Part shown: positions 1 to 7,718 of the stretch, in pieces
Numbering within the stretch: the first letter of the stretch is position 1
How the letters are laid out: each line of letters begins with the position of its first letter
NCBI GenBank assembly: GCA_024691665.1
Contig: JAILNJ010000192.1
Coordinates: 1 to 24,456 of the forward strand
DNA from: Gammaproteobacteria bacterium
Lineage (GTDB): Bacteria > Bacillota_I > Bacilli_A > Izemoplasmatales > UBA1188
Length of the DNA: 24,456 nucleotides
Direction of reading: 5' to 3'
Position numbers and translations under genes: made by a program
Notes under the pieces: model-generated
Told to the model about the DNA's origin: nothing
The model's input: the letters and a program-made list of their open reading frames with translations, nothing else
Databases searched by the model: none

Positions 1-892
1 CAAGGAACATATCAAATCCTGCGCCAGCTCCACCTACTGTCATTAAAATACGAATAGGTCTACCAGAATTAATTCTATCTTTTCTTCTCTTATTATCATT
101 CTCAAGGTCAACTAATAATTCATGATCAATAAAACAACCCACTTCTTTTAATTGATCCTCAGGGATTCCTCTTAAAGGTTTCTTTGCGAATCCATTTAAA
201 GTCTTATATCCAAAGTATGCGAATGGAGTTTGAACTGTATGAATTGCGCCTTCAGATAAATGAAGTCCCATAGGCCAGTTATCAGGAATAGCATTAACTA
301 CATGAGTCATTCCTGCATGAATTGCGGCTTGAGATGGCCACACATGAGTTGCGATATATGGAATATCTTTATTAATATTTTTAAAAATTGGGACTAAGAG
401 TTCACTATTCTTTTGGTCTTTTGCGTTATAAGTAATCTTTTTAAATCCTTCACTATTTAGTGGTTCCCAAACTAATTTATTAAATAGTTTAGACTTTTGA
501 GAGATTCTTGATGCGAGTGAATACATATCGTTTTGTTCTCTAATCATCTTTGAACCAGTCGCATCAAATGATGCAAGATCAAGCCAATAAGGTTTATAAC
601 CTAAAGCTCTTGCGGCTGATGCCATAGCGATAGATATTCTATAATGGCCAAAACCCATACGGATATTACCAACTATTAATGCATTATCTTCAAATTTTTG
701 ATTCTTATCTCCAAAAACTATGTTACTTGCGCCAATAAAATCTAATGTATCAATATCTTTAAAATTGATTTTATAATCAGCATTAGAGTCATCGCCAAAT
801 TTCTTAATATATTTGGCTTTACTCTTTTCTGCGGCTTTAATAGTCTTCTTATCAATTTCATTACCAAATATTACAGATGTTTTATCAATCAT
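1..892 (-). CDS. Partial CDS running off the left edge; uncharacterised protein with GT-B glycosyltransferase-like motifs (DUF6937/DUF6938-like)
   Basis: Manual translation from ATG at 892, preceded by RBS AAGGAG, is open to the window edge: MIDKTSVIFGNEIDKK...GNIRMGFGHYRISIAMASAA...IATHVWPSQAA...IRILMTVGGAGAGFDMFL. GxGH, ATH and TVGGAG recall MurG/UgtP-type GT-B enzymes. Not in the ORF track because the stop lies outside the window. Confidence 0.85.
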   Translation of the reverse strand, partial: MIDKTSVIFGNEIDKKTIKAAEKSKAKYIKKFGDDSNADYKINFKDIDTLDFIGASNIVFGDKNQKFEDNALIVGNIRMGFGHYRISIAMASAARALGYKPYWLDLASFDATGSKMIREQNDMYSLASRISQKSKLFNKLVWEPLNSEGFKKITYNAKDQKNSELLVPIFKNINKDIPYIATHVWPSQAAIHAGMTHVVNAIPDNWPMGLHLSEGAIHTVQTPFAYFGYKTLNGFAKKPLRGIPEDQLKEVGCFIDHELLVDLENDNKRRKDRINSGRPIRILMTVGGAGAGFDMFL

Positions 893-954
893 ATATAAAC
901 TCCTTATATGTGTATATAATAATTATACTATATTTAAATACCCTATTGGGCAAT

Positions 955-985
955 AAAAAAGTTCCTATCGCTAGGAACGTTTTTA
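955..985 (-). terminator. Intrinsic terminator of the tRNA-His/tRNA-Leu transcript
   Basis: Hairpin GTTCCTA-TCGC-TAGGAAC (961-978) with an A6 tract at 955-960 that gives a U-tract on the minus strand, just downstream of tRNA-Leu. Confidence 0.8.
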
Positions 986-992
986 ATTAATC

Positions 993-1077
993 TGGTGGGG
1001 CCTATGAGATTTGAACTCACACGCCTTGCGGTACTACCCCCTCAAAGTAGCGCGTCTACCAGTTCCGCCAAAGCCCC
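993..1077 (-). tRNA. tRNA-Leu (anticodon GAG)
   Basis: Reverse complement folds as GGGGCTT/AGGCCCC acceptor stem, D-loop GG, anticodon arm CTACT-TTGAGGG-GGTAG, long variable arm, GTGAG-TTCAAAT-CTCAT T-arm, discriminator A and encoded CCA; 85 nt. Confidence 0.95.
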
Positions 1078-1094
1078 AAACATTTTCAATTCAG

Positions 1095-1173
1095 TGGGGC
1101 GACTGACAAGACTCGAACCTGCGCGATGCCGGAGCCACAATCCGGTGCGTTAACCAACTTCGCCACAGTCGCC
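1095..1173 (-). tRNA. tRNA-His (anticodon GTG)
   Basis: G-1 plus GCGACTG/CAGTCGC acceptor stem, C73 discriminator, anticodon arm CCGGA-TTGTGGC-TCCGG, TTCGAGT T-loop, encoded CCA. Confidence 0.95.
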
Positions 1174-1190
1174 ATATGAATTGCATAAAT

Positions 1191-1219
1191 AGTTTATCAC
1201 TAAAGGGGGTTTAAGGCAA
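1191..1219 (-). promoter_or_regulatory. Sigma-A-type promoter of the tRNA pair
   Basis: Minus strand TTGCCT (1219-1214), 17-bp spacer, TAAACT (1196-1191) with extended -10 TG, 18 bp upstream of tRNA-His. Confidence 0.7.
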
Positions 1220-1222
1220 GAA

Positions 1223-1873
1223 CTATTTTTTTACTCTAAAACAATTAATAATAGCGTAGTAAGCTGGGATAGTCACAAAGAGTATCCATAGCGGATGCCA
1301 AATATCAAAAAGAGTACCGAATACCATAAATAGAACAACCATAAATACTGGATAGTTAAATCTATTGGCATTCTTGTGTTGGATAGCTGAGATTAATGAT
1401 CCAATTACAATTGGACCTAAGAATAATACCCAAGTTGGGTGCCATACTTGTGTTAAGAAACCGATGAGTAAGAATGCTACAGTAGCAAGTAAGTATAATG
1501 CACCAGTTACAGAACTAACAACGATTACTGATTTTCTGTGCGCTTCTCTAGTGCAGCAGTCATCCTTTTGCATTTTATCATCATCGTCGTCGTCATCATC
1601 GTCATCATCGTCGTCATCATCATCTGAATCTACTACTTCTACTTTTTCTTCTTTTTGAGCTTCAGTAATATCTTCTTCACTAATAATATCATCTAAAGAT
1701 ACATTATATATCTTAGCTAATAATATTAAGTTATCAGTATCAGGAGACGCTTCTGCTCTTTCCCATTTTGATACAGCTTGTCTTGATACACCAATCTTAT
1801 CAGCAAGTTCTTCTTGTGATAATCCACTATTTCTTCTTAATTCATATAATTTGTTTGCGATTTTTACGTTCAT
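1223..1873 (-). CDS. XRE-family HTH regulator with acidic linker and C-terminal transmembrane domain
   Basis: N-terminal HTH_3 pattern (LYELRRNSGLSQEELADKIGVSRQAVSKWE), 16 consecutive Asp, then about four hydrophobic segments; RBS AAGGAGG. Confidence 0.9.
   Translation of the reverse strand: MNVKIANKLYELRRNSGLSQEELADKIGVSRQAVSKWERAEASPDTDNLILLAKIYNVSLDDIISEEDITEAQKEEKVEVVDSDDDDDDDDDDDDDDDDKMQKDDCCTREAHRKSVIVVSSVTGALYLLATVAFLLIGFLTQVWHPTWVLFLGPIVIGSLISAIQHKNANRFNYPVFMVVLFMVFGTLFDIWHPLWILFVTIPAYYAIINCFRVKK
1577..1624. repeat. Imperfect trinucleotide repeat (GAT/GAC)16 encoding poly-Asp
   Basis: 16 consecutive ATC/GTC triplets on the + strand, in frame with the XRE gene on the minus strand. 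Confidence 0.95.
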
Positions 1874-1901
1874 AAGTTTTTCCTCCTTAATTTACGCTTC
1901 A

Positions 1902-1968
1902 ATTATAGCAAGTTGCGTCGGTTGCGTACCACCAAATCTAGTTTGAAAGTGACGCAACTTTCGGTTGC
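1902..1968 (-). promoter_or_regulatory. Extended -10 promoter plus candidate operator repeats upstream of the XRE gene
   Basis: Minus-strand TG-C-TATAAT at 1910-1902. Palindrome GCAAC-N5-GTTGC at 1954-1968, direct repeats GTTGCGT at 1912-1918 and 1921-1927, and a 10-bp inverted repeat AAGTTGCGTC (1910-1919) / GACGCAACTT (1951-1960). Confidence 0.6.
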
Positions 1969-2006
1969 AAATTACATCTTTACCTATAATTTAGCACAAA
2001 ACATAC

Positions 2007-2035
2007 AAAAAAGAGGCCTAAAAAGCCTCTTCTTT
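2007..2035 (-). terminator. Intrinsic terminator downstream of the EF-G paralogue
   Basis: Stem AAGAGGC (2011-2017) / GCCTCTT (2025-2031), 7-nt loop, A-tract at 2007-2012 giving a U-tract on the minus strand. Confidence 0.8.
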
Positions 2036-2049
2036 ATTTAATTCTTTAA

Positions 2050-4068
2050 TTAGTTGTTAGCTGCTTCAGCTTGTGCAGCTTTAATGATCTTTTCAGCTAC
2101 GTTAGATGGTACATCTTCGTATCTTACGAATTCTCTAGTGAATGAACCATCACCTTGAGTCATAGCCTTAAGGTCGATATTGTAGTTAATGATTTCAGCT
2201 TCTGGCATTTCGCAGTTAACTACTGTGTAATCACCAACTTTATTCATACCAAGAACTCTACCTCTTCTCTTAGATACATCTGATAAGATATTACCAACGT
2301 AATCGTCAGATACTCTTACATCTACTTTCATGATAGGTTCAAGGATAACCTTTCTTGCGTCTTTAGTAGCGTTCTTGAATGCTTCTTTAGCTGCGTTCTT
2401 GAATGCTAATTCGTTTGAATCTACTGGATGGTATTTACCATCAAGGAGTGTACCATGAACATTGATAACTGGGAATCCAGCGAGTGGACCATTTTCAAGA
2501 GCTTCAAAGAAACCTTTTTCAATTGGTGGGAAGTAGTTTTTAGGAACTGATCCACCGAAGATTTCTTCACTCCAGAATGAATCTTCTTGGCATGGTTCAA
2601 ATTTCATTACTACTACACCATAATAACCGGCACCACCAGATTGCTTAACGTATCTACCTTCAGCTTGGCATGTGCTTCTTAAAGCTTCTCTATATACAAT
2701 CTTTTGATCTTCAGTAGTAACTTCTACCTTTAATCCTTTCATCTTTTCAATTAATGTATCAATGTGAACTGAACCTTGACCACCAATTAATTGTTGTTTT
2801 GTTTCTTTATTTCTAACAACTTCGAATGTTTGATCTTCAAGAGCTAACTTTTGGAGTGCACCTGATAATTTATCTTCATCGTTCTTAGACTTAGGAAGGA
2901 TAGCTCTAAAGTAAGTTGGTTTTGGTGCTTCAGGTCTTTCGATAACTACATTTCTAGATTTATCATTTAATGTTAAACCAGTTTCAAGACTTGAAAGCTT
3001 AGAGATGATAACGATATCACCAGCATTAGCTACATCGTAAGAAGATTGGTTCTTACCACAAATCATAGCTGTTTGGTTTACTTTTTCTGTGTTGCCCTTA
3101 ACGATAATTTCTTGGCCAACTTTAAGTGTACCATTTACAACGAGCACATAAGAGATAGTACCGATGAATGGGTCAACTGTAGTTTTAAATACATAACCAA
3201 CGAATGGTTTAGTTTCATCATACTTTAATTCTTCAGAAGCCTTAAGAGGTTTAACTTCAGCCATAGTAGGGAATAAAGATACTACTAAGTTTAATAATTC
3301 CTTTACACCAACATTGTGAACTGAATCAGCTAAAGCAACAGGAGTAAGTGAATCTGATGAAAGACCAGCCTTTACACCCTTTAATACTTCTTCTTGAGTG
3401 AGTTCTTCACCACTGAAGAATTTTTCCATTAATTCATCATCTTGACCAGCTGCTTCTTCGATAATCTTATCGTATAAAGCTAAAGCTGTATCATTAGTAG
3501 AATCACTTTCAGCTCCACCAATAAATGCTTTCTTTGTTAATACGTTAGTGAAACCTTTGAAGTTATTCTTTCCACCTTCTGGATACATAAATGGAACAAC
3601 ACTTGAACCAAACTTAGCTTGAAGATCAGCAACAAGTGCATCGAAGTCTACGTTTTCTTTATCAACTTTAGTAACTAAAATTAATGTTGGAACTTCCTTT
3701 TCCTTTAATACTCTATAATAACTCTTAGCTTGAACGTCTACACCTTTAGTAGCATCAATAACTAAAATAGCTCCAGAACAAACTGCTAAATCATTATATA
3801 AATCTTGAACAAATTCATTCATTCCAGGGAAATCAATGAAATTGATCTTTGTATTTTGGTGTACTACTGGAATAAGTGATGCAGAAATACTGTAATGATG
3901 GTTAATTTCTTCTTGTGAAAAGTCAGATAATGTATTTCCTCTTTCAACTTCTCCTTTCTTTGAAATCACTCCGCATTCTAAGGCAATAGATTCTACAAGT
4001 GTAGTTTTTCCAACACCCATACCGCCCACTACTGCGATGTTTCTAATGTTTTCTTTTTGAAAATTCAT
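2050..4068 (-). CDS. fusA2: Elongation factor G paralogue (EF-G II / EF-G2-like) with divergent G-domain
   Basis: Full EF-G domain order. P-loop GGMGVGKT, domain II VFKTTVDPFIGTISY, domain III EDQTFEV...GQGSVH, domain IV KQSGGAGYYG and YHPVDSNELAF, domain V LEPIMKV...RRGRV. Lacks RGITI/DTPGH/NKxD, so it is not the canonical fusA. Confidence 0.9.
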   Translation of the reverse strand: MNFQKENIRNIAVVGGMGVGKTTLVESIALECGVISKKGEVERGNTLSDFSQEEINHHYSISASLIPVVHQNTKINFIDFPGMNEFVQDLYNDLAVCSGAILVIDATKGVDVQAKSYYRVLKEKEVPTLILVTKVDKENVDFDALVADLQAKFGSSVVPFMYPEGGKNNFKGFTNVLTKKAFIGGAESDSTNDTALALYDKIIEEAAGQDDELMEKFFSGEELTQEEVLKGVKAGLSSDSLTPVALADSVHNVGVKELLNLVVSLFPTMAEVKPLKASEELKYDETKPFVGYVFKTTVDPFIGTISYVLVVNGTLKVGQEIIVKGNTEKVNQTAMICGKNQSSYDVANAGDIVIISKLSSLETGLTLNDKSRNVVIERPEAPKPTYFRAILPKSKNDEDKLSGALQKLALEDQTFEVVRNKETKQQLIGGQGSVHIDTLIEKMKGLKVEVTTEDQKIVYREALRSTCQAEGRYVKQSGGAGYYGVVVMKFEPCQEDSFWSEEIFGGSVPKNYFPPIEKGFFEALENGPLAGFPVINVHGTLLDGKYHPVDSNELAFKNAAKEAFKNATKDARKVILEPIMKVDVRVSDDYVGNILSDVSKRRGRVLGMNKVGDYTVVNCEMPEAEIINYNIDLKAMTQGDGSFTREFVRYEDVPSNVAEKIIKAAQAEAANN

Positions 4069-4109
4069 GTTTATCTCCTAATATATAAAAAAATATTTTA
4101 CCAAGAAAA

Positions 4110-4138
4110 ATTATATCATAAATATTTAATCTAAACAA
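4110..4138 (-). promoter_or_regulatory. Sigma-A-type promoter of the EF-G paralogue
   Basis: Minus strand TTGTTT (4138-4133), 17 bp, TATAAT (4115-4110) with extended TG. Confidence 0.65.
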
Positions 4139-4170
4139 TTAAATATATATGGGGTTAAAAAGATAAAATA

Positions 4171-4989
4171 TTATATAGTTTTGTGTTCAACAAATTTAAC
4201 ATTATTTTTATTAAATAATTCTTTTTGTTTATTAGCCGATTCATTTAATATAACTAGTCTTTCGCTTTGATTCATTCCTTCTTTTATAAGCAAGGAATTA
4301 TGATATTCAATATTAGACAATATATAAAGTTCTATGGCAGATGCATAGTCTCTCATATTACCTTTCTTATCTGGATTTAACTTCTCCCATTCTTTAGCTC
4401 TCAAACCAAATAAAGCTACATTAAGCATATCAGCCTCAGATGCATAGATATAATGTTTCTGTTCACTAGTAAGTTCTACAGGTACAAGATATTCTTTTAT
4501 TGCGGTAGTATGTATAAGATAATTAATCTTAGATTGGATTCTACTATTATTCCATTCTAGTTGTTCAGTTTCTTCTAACTTTAAACGTTGAAATTCTTTA
4601 ATTATATATAATTTAACCTCTGGAGATATCCAACTAGCAAATTCTAGTGCAATATCTCTATGAGCAAATGTACCTCCATTTTTAGTAGCTTTAGACCTTA
4701 TACCTATTGCGTTAAATTCATTAATCCATCTTGTTGGTGACATTGTAAACGAGTTCTTACCAGACTCCTTCAATAGGGGGTCGAATTCGACCCCCCTAAA
4801 TTTAGAGTTATTAATTGTTTCCCACATTCCCAGATATTCTAATGTGCTTCTTTGTCTCATCCAATTTTTAATAACATCCTTAGGTTCTTTAGAGTTCTTA
4901 ATTCTCGCAATATCAGTTAATGATACATAGTCCTCATCACTTATTCCAGTAATATTAATTACTTTATCTTTTACCATAATTTCTTTCAT
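4171..4989 (-). CDS. KilA-N domain-containing DNA-binding protein
   Basis: YVSLTDIAR, IKNWMR...TLEYLGMWE, GVEFDP, and GGTFAHRDIALEFASWISPE match the bacterial KilA-N family, followed by the usual IYASEADMLNVALFG...RDYAS C-terminal region. Confidence 0.88.
   Translation of the reverse strand: MKEIMVKDKVINITGISDEDYVSLTDIARIKNSKEPKDVIKNWMRQRSTLEYLGMWETINNSKFRGVEFDPLLKESGKNSFTMSPTRWINEFNAIGIRSKATKNGGTFAHRDIALEFASWISPEVKLYIIKEFQRLKLEETEQLEWNNSRIQSKINYLIHTTAIKEYLVPVELTSEQKHYIYASEADMLNVALFGLRAKEWEKLNPDKKGNMRDYASAIELYILSNIEYHNSLLIKEGMNQSERLVILNESANKQKELFNKNNVKFVEHKTI
4776..4795. repeat. Perfect 20-bp GC-rich palindrome GGGGGTCGAATTCGACCCCC inside the KilA-N CDS
   Basis: Checked base by base; the centre lies between 4785 and 4786. 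Confidence 0.95.
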
Positions 4990-6719
4990 TAAAGTTCACC
5001 ATTAGATTCCTTGTTTCTTCTTTTGTTTCTAATGGTTAATATTGCAATTATGGTCGCAAAAACAACCAAAACAGATGAAAGAATAATAATTATAATTGTT
5101 GCTTTGTTTATAGCTGGCGAATATACATCAACTGTATATAAATTAGATTTAACTCTGACTGTGAACTCTTTTGAGATTGTGTCGCTATCATTTGTATATT
5201 CAACCACCATGTGATAGGTACCATCTATATCCTTATGGTTTGAATATGTATCACTAACGATTCTAGCTTTATAATGTTTACCATTTTCAAGAACTCCATT
5301 TGAATATAAAAGATTGGTTATATCTTCTAAAGTTATAGTTACGCCATCAGTAAGTTCAATTCTATAGTTATCTACAAATATAACAGGTGGAATTTTATCT
5401 TCTACTTTTACTATAACTGATTTCGTTGCGGTATTATTCTCATCATCAGTAGCTTTAATTTCAATTTGATAATCACCTATCTTTCTTGTGGATTCATAAA
5501 TATTAACGCTCCAATCAAATGTATAAATTGTGACAGTCACATCAGTATCGATATTATCAGTAACTCTTAAAGAGTTTCTGACAATATCAATTAATGGTAA
5601 GTTTACTCTATAACTAACTGTGATAGTATCAGGACAATCAATGACTGGCTTCACATTATCATAAAATTCTACATTAACTGATTTAATAGTTTGGTTTCCT
5701 GAATTATCTTCTACACTTACAAATATAGTTTCATTCATTACTGTGGATGAGTTCTTAGTATAATCGGGATTAATTTCAATCTTATTTGAGATATCGCCAT
5801 CATAATTATCTGAAGCATTATATTTAGATTTAATAAATTCTTCAGTCAACGTTGTATTAATTGGATGTCTTATAGAATCGGGTCCTGTTAGATATGGTTT
5901 TTCATTATCAATCACATTAACTATGGCATCTAATGTAGTTTTATTTCCGTAATCATCTGACGCTTCAAAAAACATTGGGTGTTTTCCTACAACTTCTGAA
6001 ACATTTAAGTATGCATCATAATCAAAATCTAATGCAATTCCATAATAATCACCAGTATTAGTGCCGTCATAAGCCTTAAACATATTTCTAATACTCTCTT
6101 CAGATAATACATTAGGATAAATTACATTTATCGTTACCTTCTTATCCTTTGTGTCAGTAAATCTAGAGCCAGCACTTTGATAGATTAATGGGTCTATACA
6201 ATCATTCTCATCATGTGGGTCAAAGGTTGGTCCTTTAATTAATTTTAGATATCCATATTCGTTTGGGATAAAGTCTGCGTTACGATAGGTAACCTCTAAA
6301 ATTACTGAGAACGTTCCTTTTGGATAAGAAAATACTTGTGCACAATATGCTATTCCGTCTGAATATAATTCGTTTTCACACTGTGTTGCGTCTCTTTCTC
6401 CGCTTTTTGTTTCAATAAAATATCCATCAAGATCATAGAAATGAAGTTTATATTTTAATAGTTGATTATAATATTCGTCTCTAAATCTTATAGTTACTTT
6501 GTCTTGATAACTACCCGCGATAAACATTGCATGTTTTGTGACTAATGTTTTATCAGTTACTTCAAAGTCATTAACATCAAGAACATTAAGTCCAGCTGAA
6601 TAAGTAACCCTATCAGAGGTGATAGTGTTTTCGATTTCAGATGCCTTGCAAGTATTATTAGGCATAGAAAAAAGAAATGTAAAAAACATTAAAAATAAAA
6701 GTACTATTTGTTTCTTCAT
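4989..6719 (-). CDS. Secreted, C-terminally membrane-anchored protein with tandem Ig-like (DUF5011/HYR-like) repeats
   Basis: Signal peptide MKKQIVLLFLMFFTFLFS; repeated DNEKPYL / DNVKPVI / DKIPPVI and A(S/T)DxxxN motifs; C-terminal hydrophobic helix plus basic tail RNKRRNK; RBS AGGAGG. Confidence 0.8.
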   Translation of the reverse strand: MKKQIVLLFLMFFTFLFSMPNNTCKASEIENTITSDRVTYSAGLNVLDVNDFEVTDKTLVTKHAMFIAGSYQDKVTIRFRDEYYNQLLKYKLHFYDLDGYFIETKSGERDATQCENELYSDGIAYCAQVFSYPKGTFSVILEVTYRNADFIPNEYGYLKLIKGPTFDPHDENDCIDPLIYQSAGSRFTDTKDKKVTINVIYPNVLSEESIRNMFKAYDGTNTGDYYGIALDFDYDAYLNVSEVVGKHPMFFEASDDYGNKTTLDAIVNVIDNEKPYLTGPDSIRHPINTTLTEEFIKSKYNASDNYDGDISNKIEINPDYTKNSSTVMNETIFVSVEDNSGNQTIKSVNVEFYDNVKPVIDCPDTITVSYRVNLPLIDIVRNSLRVTDNIDTDVTVTIYTFDWSVNIYESTRKIGDYQIEIKATDDENNTATKSVIVKVEDKIPPVIFVDNYRIELTDGVTITLEDITNLLYSNGVLENGKHYKARIVSDTYSNHKDIDGTYHMVVEYTNDSDTISKEFTVRVKSNLYTVDVYSPAINKATIIIIILSSVLVVFATIIAILTIRNKRRNKESNGEL

Positions 6720-6775
6720 AAGGTCCTCCTAACAAATAGTACTCAAAAAGTATATAAATCGTTTGAATTTTTTTA

Positions 6776-7717
6776 TTATTTTTTTAGCTTTTCATCTAGA
6801 GCCGCTAAAATAGCGTCTACTGTAGCGTAATCTTTAACGATTATACCTGATGCGTTAGCGTGTCCGCCTCCGCCAAACTTTTCGGCTACATCATTAATAA
6901 CTACACCTTGAGATCTAACTCTACATCTGATTTCATCAGCACTGAATTCATTAATTAAAATCCAAATAGGATGATTTTCAACACCGCTTAATGCGTTAAC
7001 CATATTAGATGCTTCATCATAAGTAACGTTATACTTACTTCTGATTTCTTCATTAAGTTTAACGTATAATACTCCGTTTGGAGTTTGCTTAGTATTCATC
7101 ATAACGTAACCCTTGAAGTTTAATTCTTCTAGAGATACTTTTTCAAGTTCTGTATAGATTCTTTGAGCATCAATACCAAGTTCATACATGATACCAATCT
7201 TCTTCATAGTATCACCAGTTACACCAGCGTATTTAAATCTACCACTATCAGTAACGATACCAGTGAATAAAGCTTCAGCACCTAACTTAGAAATCTTAGC
7301 TTTTTTATTTACGAAATATAAATCAAAGATCATTTCTGCGCATGCGCATTTTTCATCTTGAACAAAATTAATTTTATTTCCAAATGGGTTTCTATTTGGA
7401 TGGTGGTCAATCTTAATTAAATCAAGGCCTGTAGTAAGTCTTTGGTCTACTGCACGAGCTAAATCTGCGCAGTCTACACTAATTACTAATGCATTCTTGA
7501 ATTCTTCATCAGTAGCTTCATCGCTCTTACCAAGGAAACTTAAGTATCCTACATTTTCATGGATACACTTAACGCTCTTTTCTGGATAAGTGGTTTTGAT
7601 AAGTTCTCTAAGTCCAATACCTGAACCTACACAGTCACCATCAGCTCTAATATGAGTTGTGATAATGATGTTTTCGTACTTCTTAATTGTTTTCCAAATC
7701 TCTTGATATATTGTCAT
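6776..7717 (-). CDS. nrnA: DHH/DHHA1 phosphoesterase (NrnA-like oligoribonuclease / pAp phosphatase)
   Basis: HIRADGDCVGS, SVD, IDHH, TDSGRF, RCRVRS, FGGGGHANASG motifs. Confidence 0.88.
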   Translation of the reverse strand: MTIYQEIWKTIKKYENIIITTHIRADGDCVGSGIGLRELIKTTYPEKSVKCIHENVGYLSFLGKSDEATDEEFKNALVISVDCADLARAVDQRLTTGLDLIKIDHHPNRNPFGNKINFVQDEKCACAEMIFDLYFVNKKAKISKLGAEALFTGIVTDSGRFKYAGVTGDTMKKIGIMYELGIDAQRIYTELEKVSLEELNFKGYVMMNTKQTPNGVLYVKLNEEIRSKYNVTYDEASNMVNALSGVENHPIWILINEFSADEIRCRVRSQGVVINDVAEKFGGGGHANASGIIVKDYATVDAILAALDEKLKK

Positions 7718-7718
7718 T

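Noticed and set aside
993-1173. tRNA genes as a possible integration site
   Set aside because: I found no duplicated tRNA 3' end and no integrase or transposase in the window.
1365-1658. Plus-strand 97-aa ORF with poly-Ser
   Set aside because: Antisense shadow of the XRE gene; the poly-Ser is the poly-Asp repeat read on the other strand, and there is no RBS.
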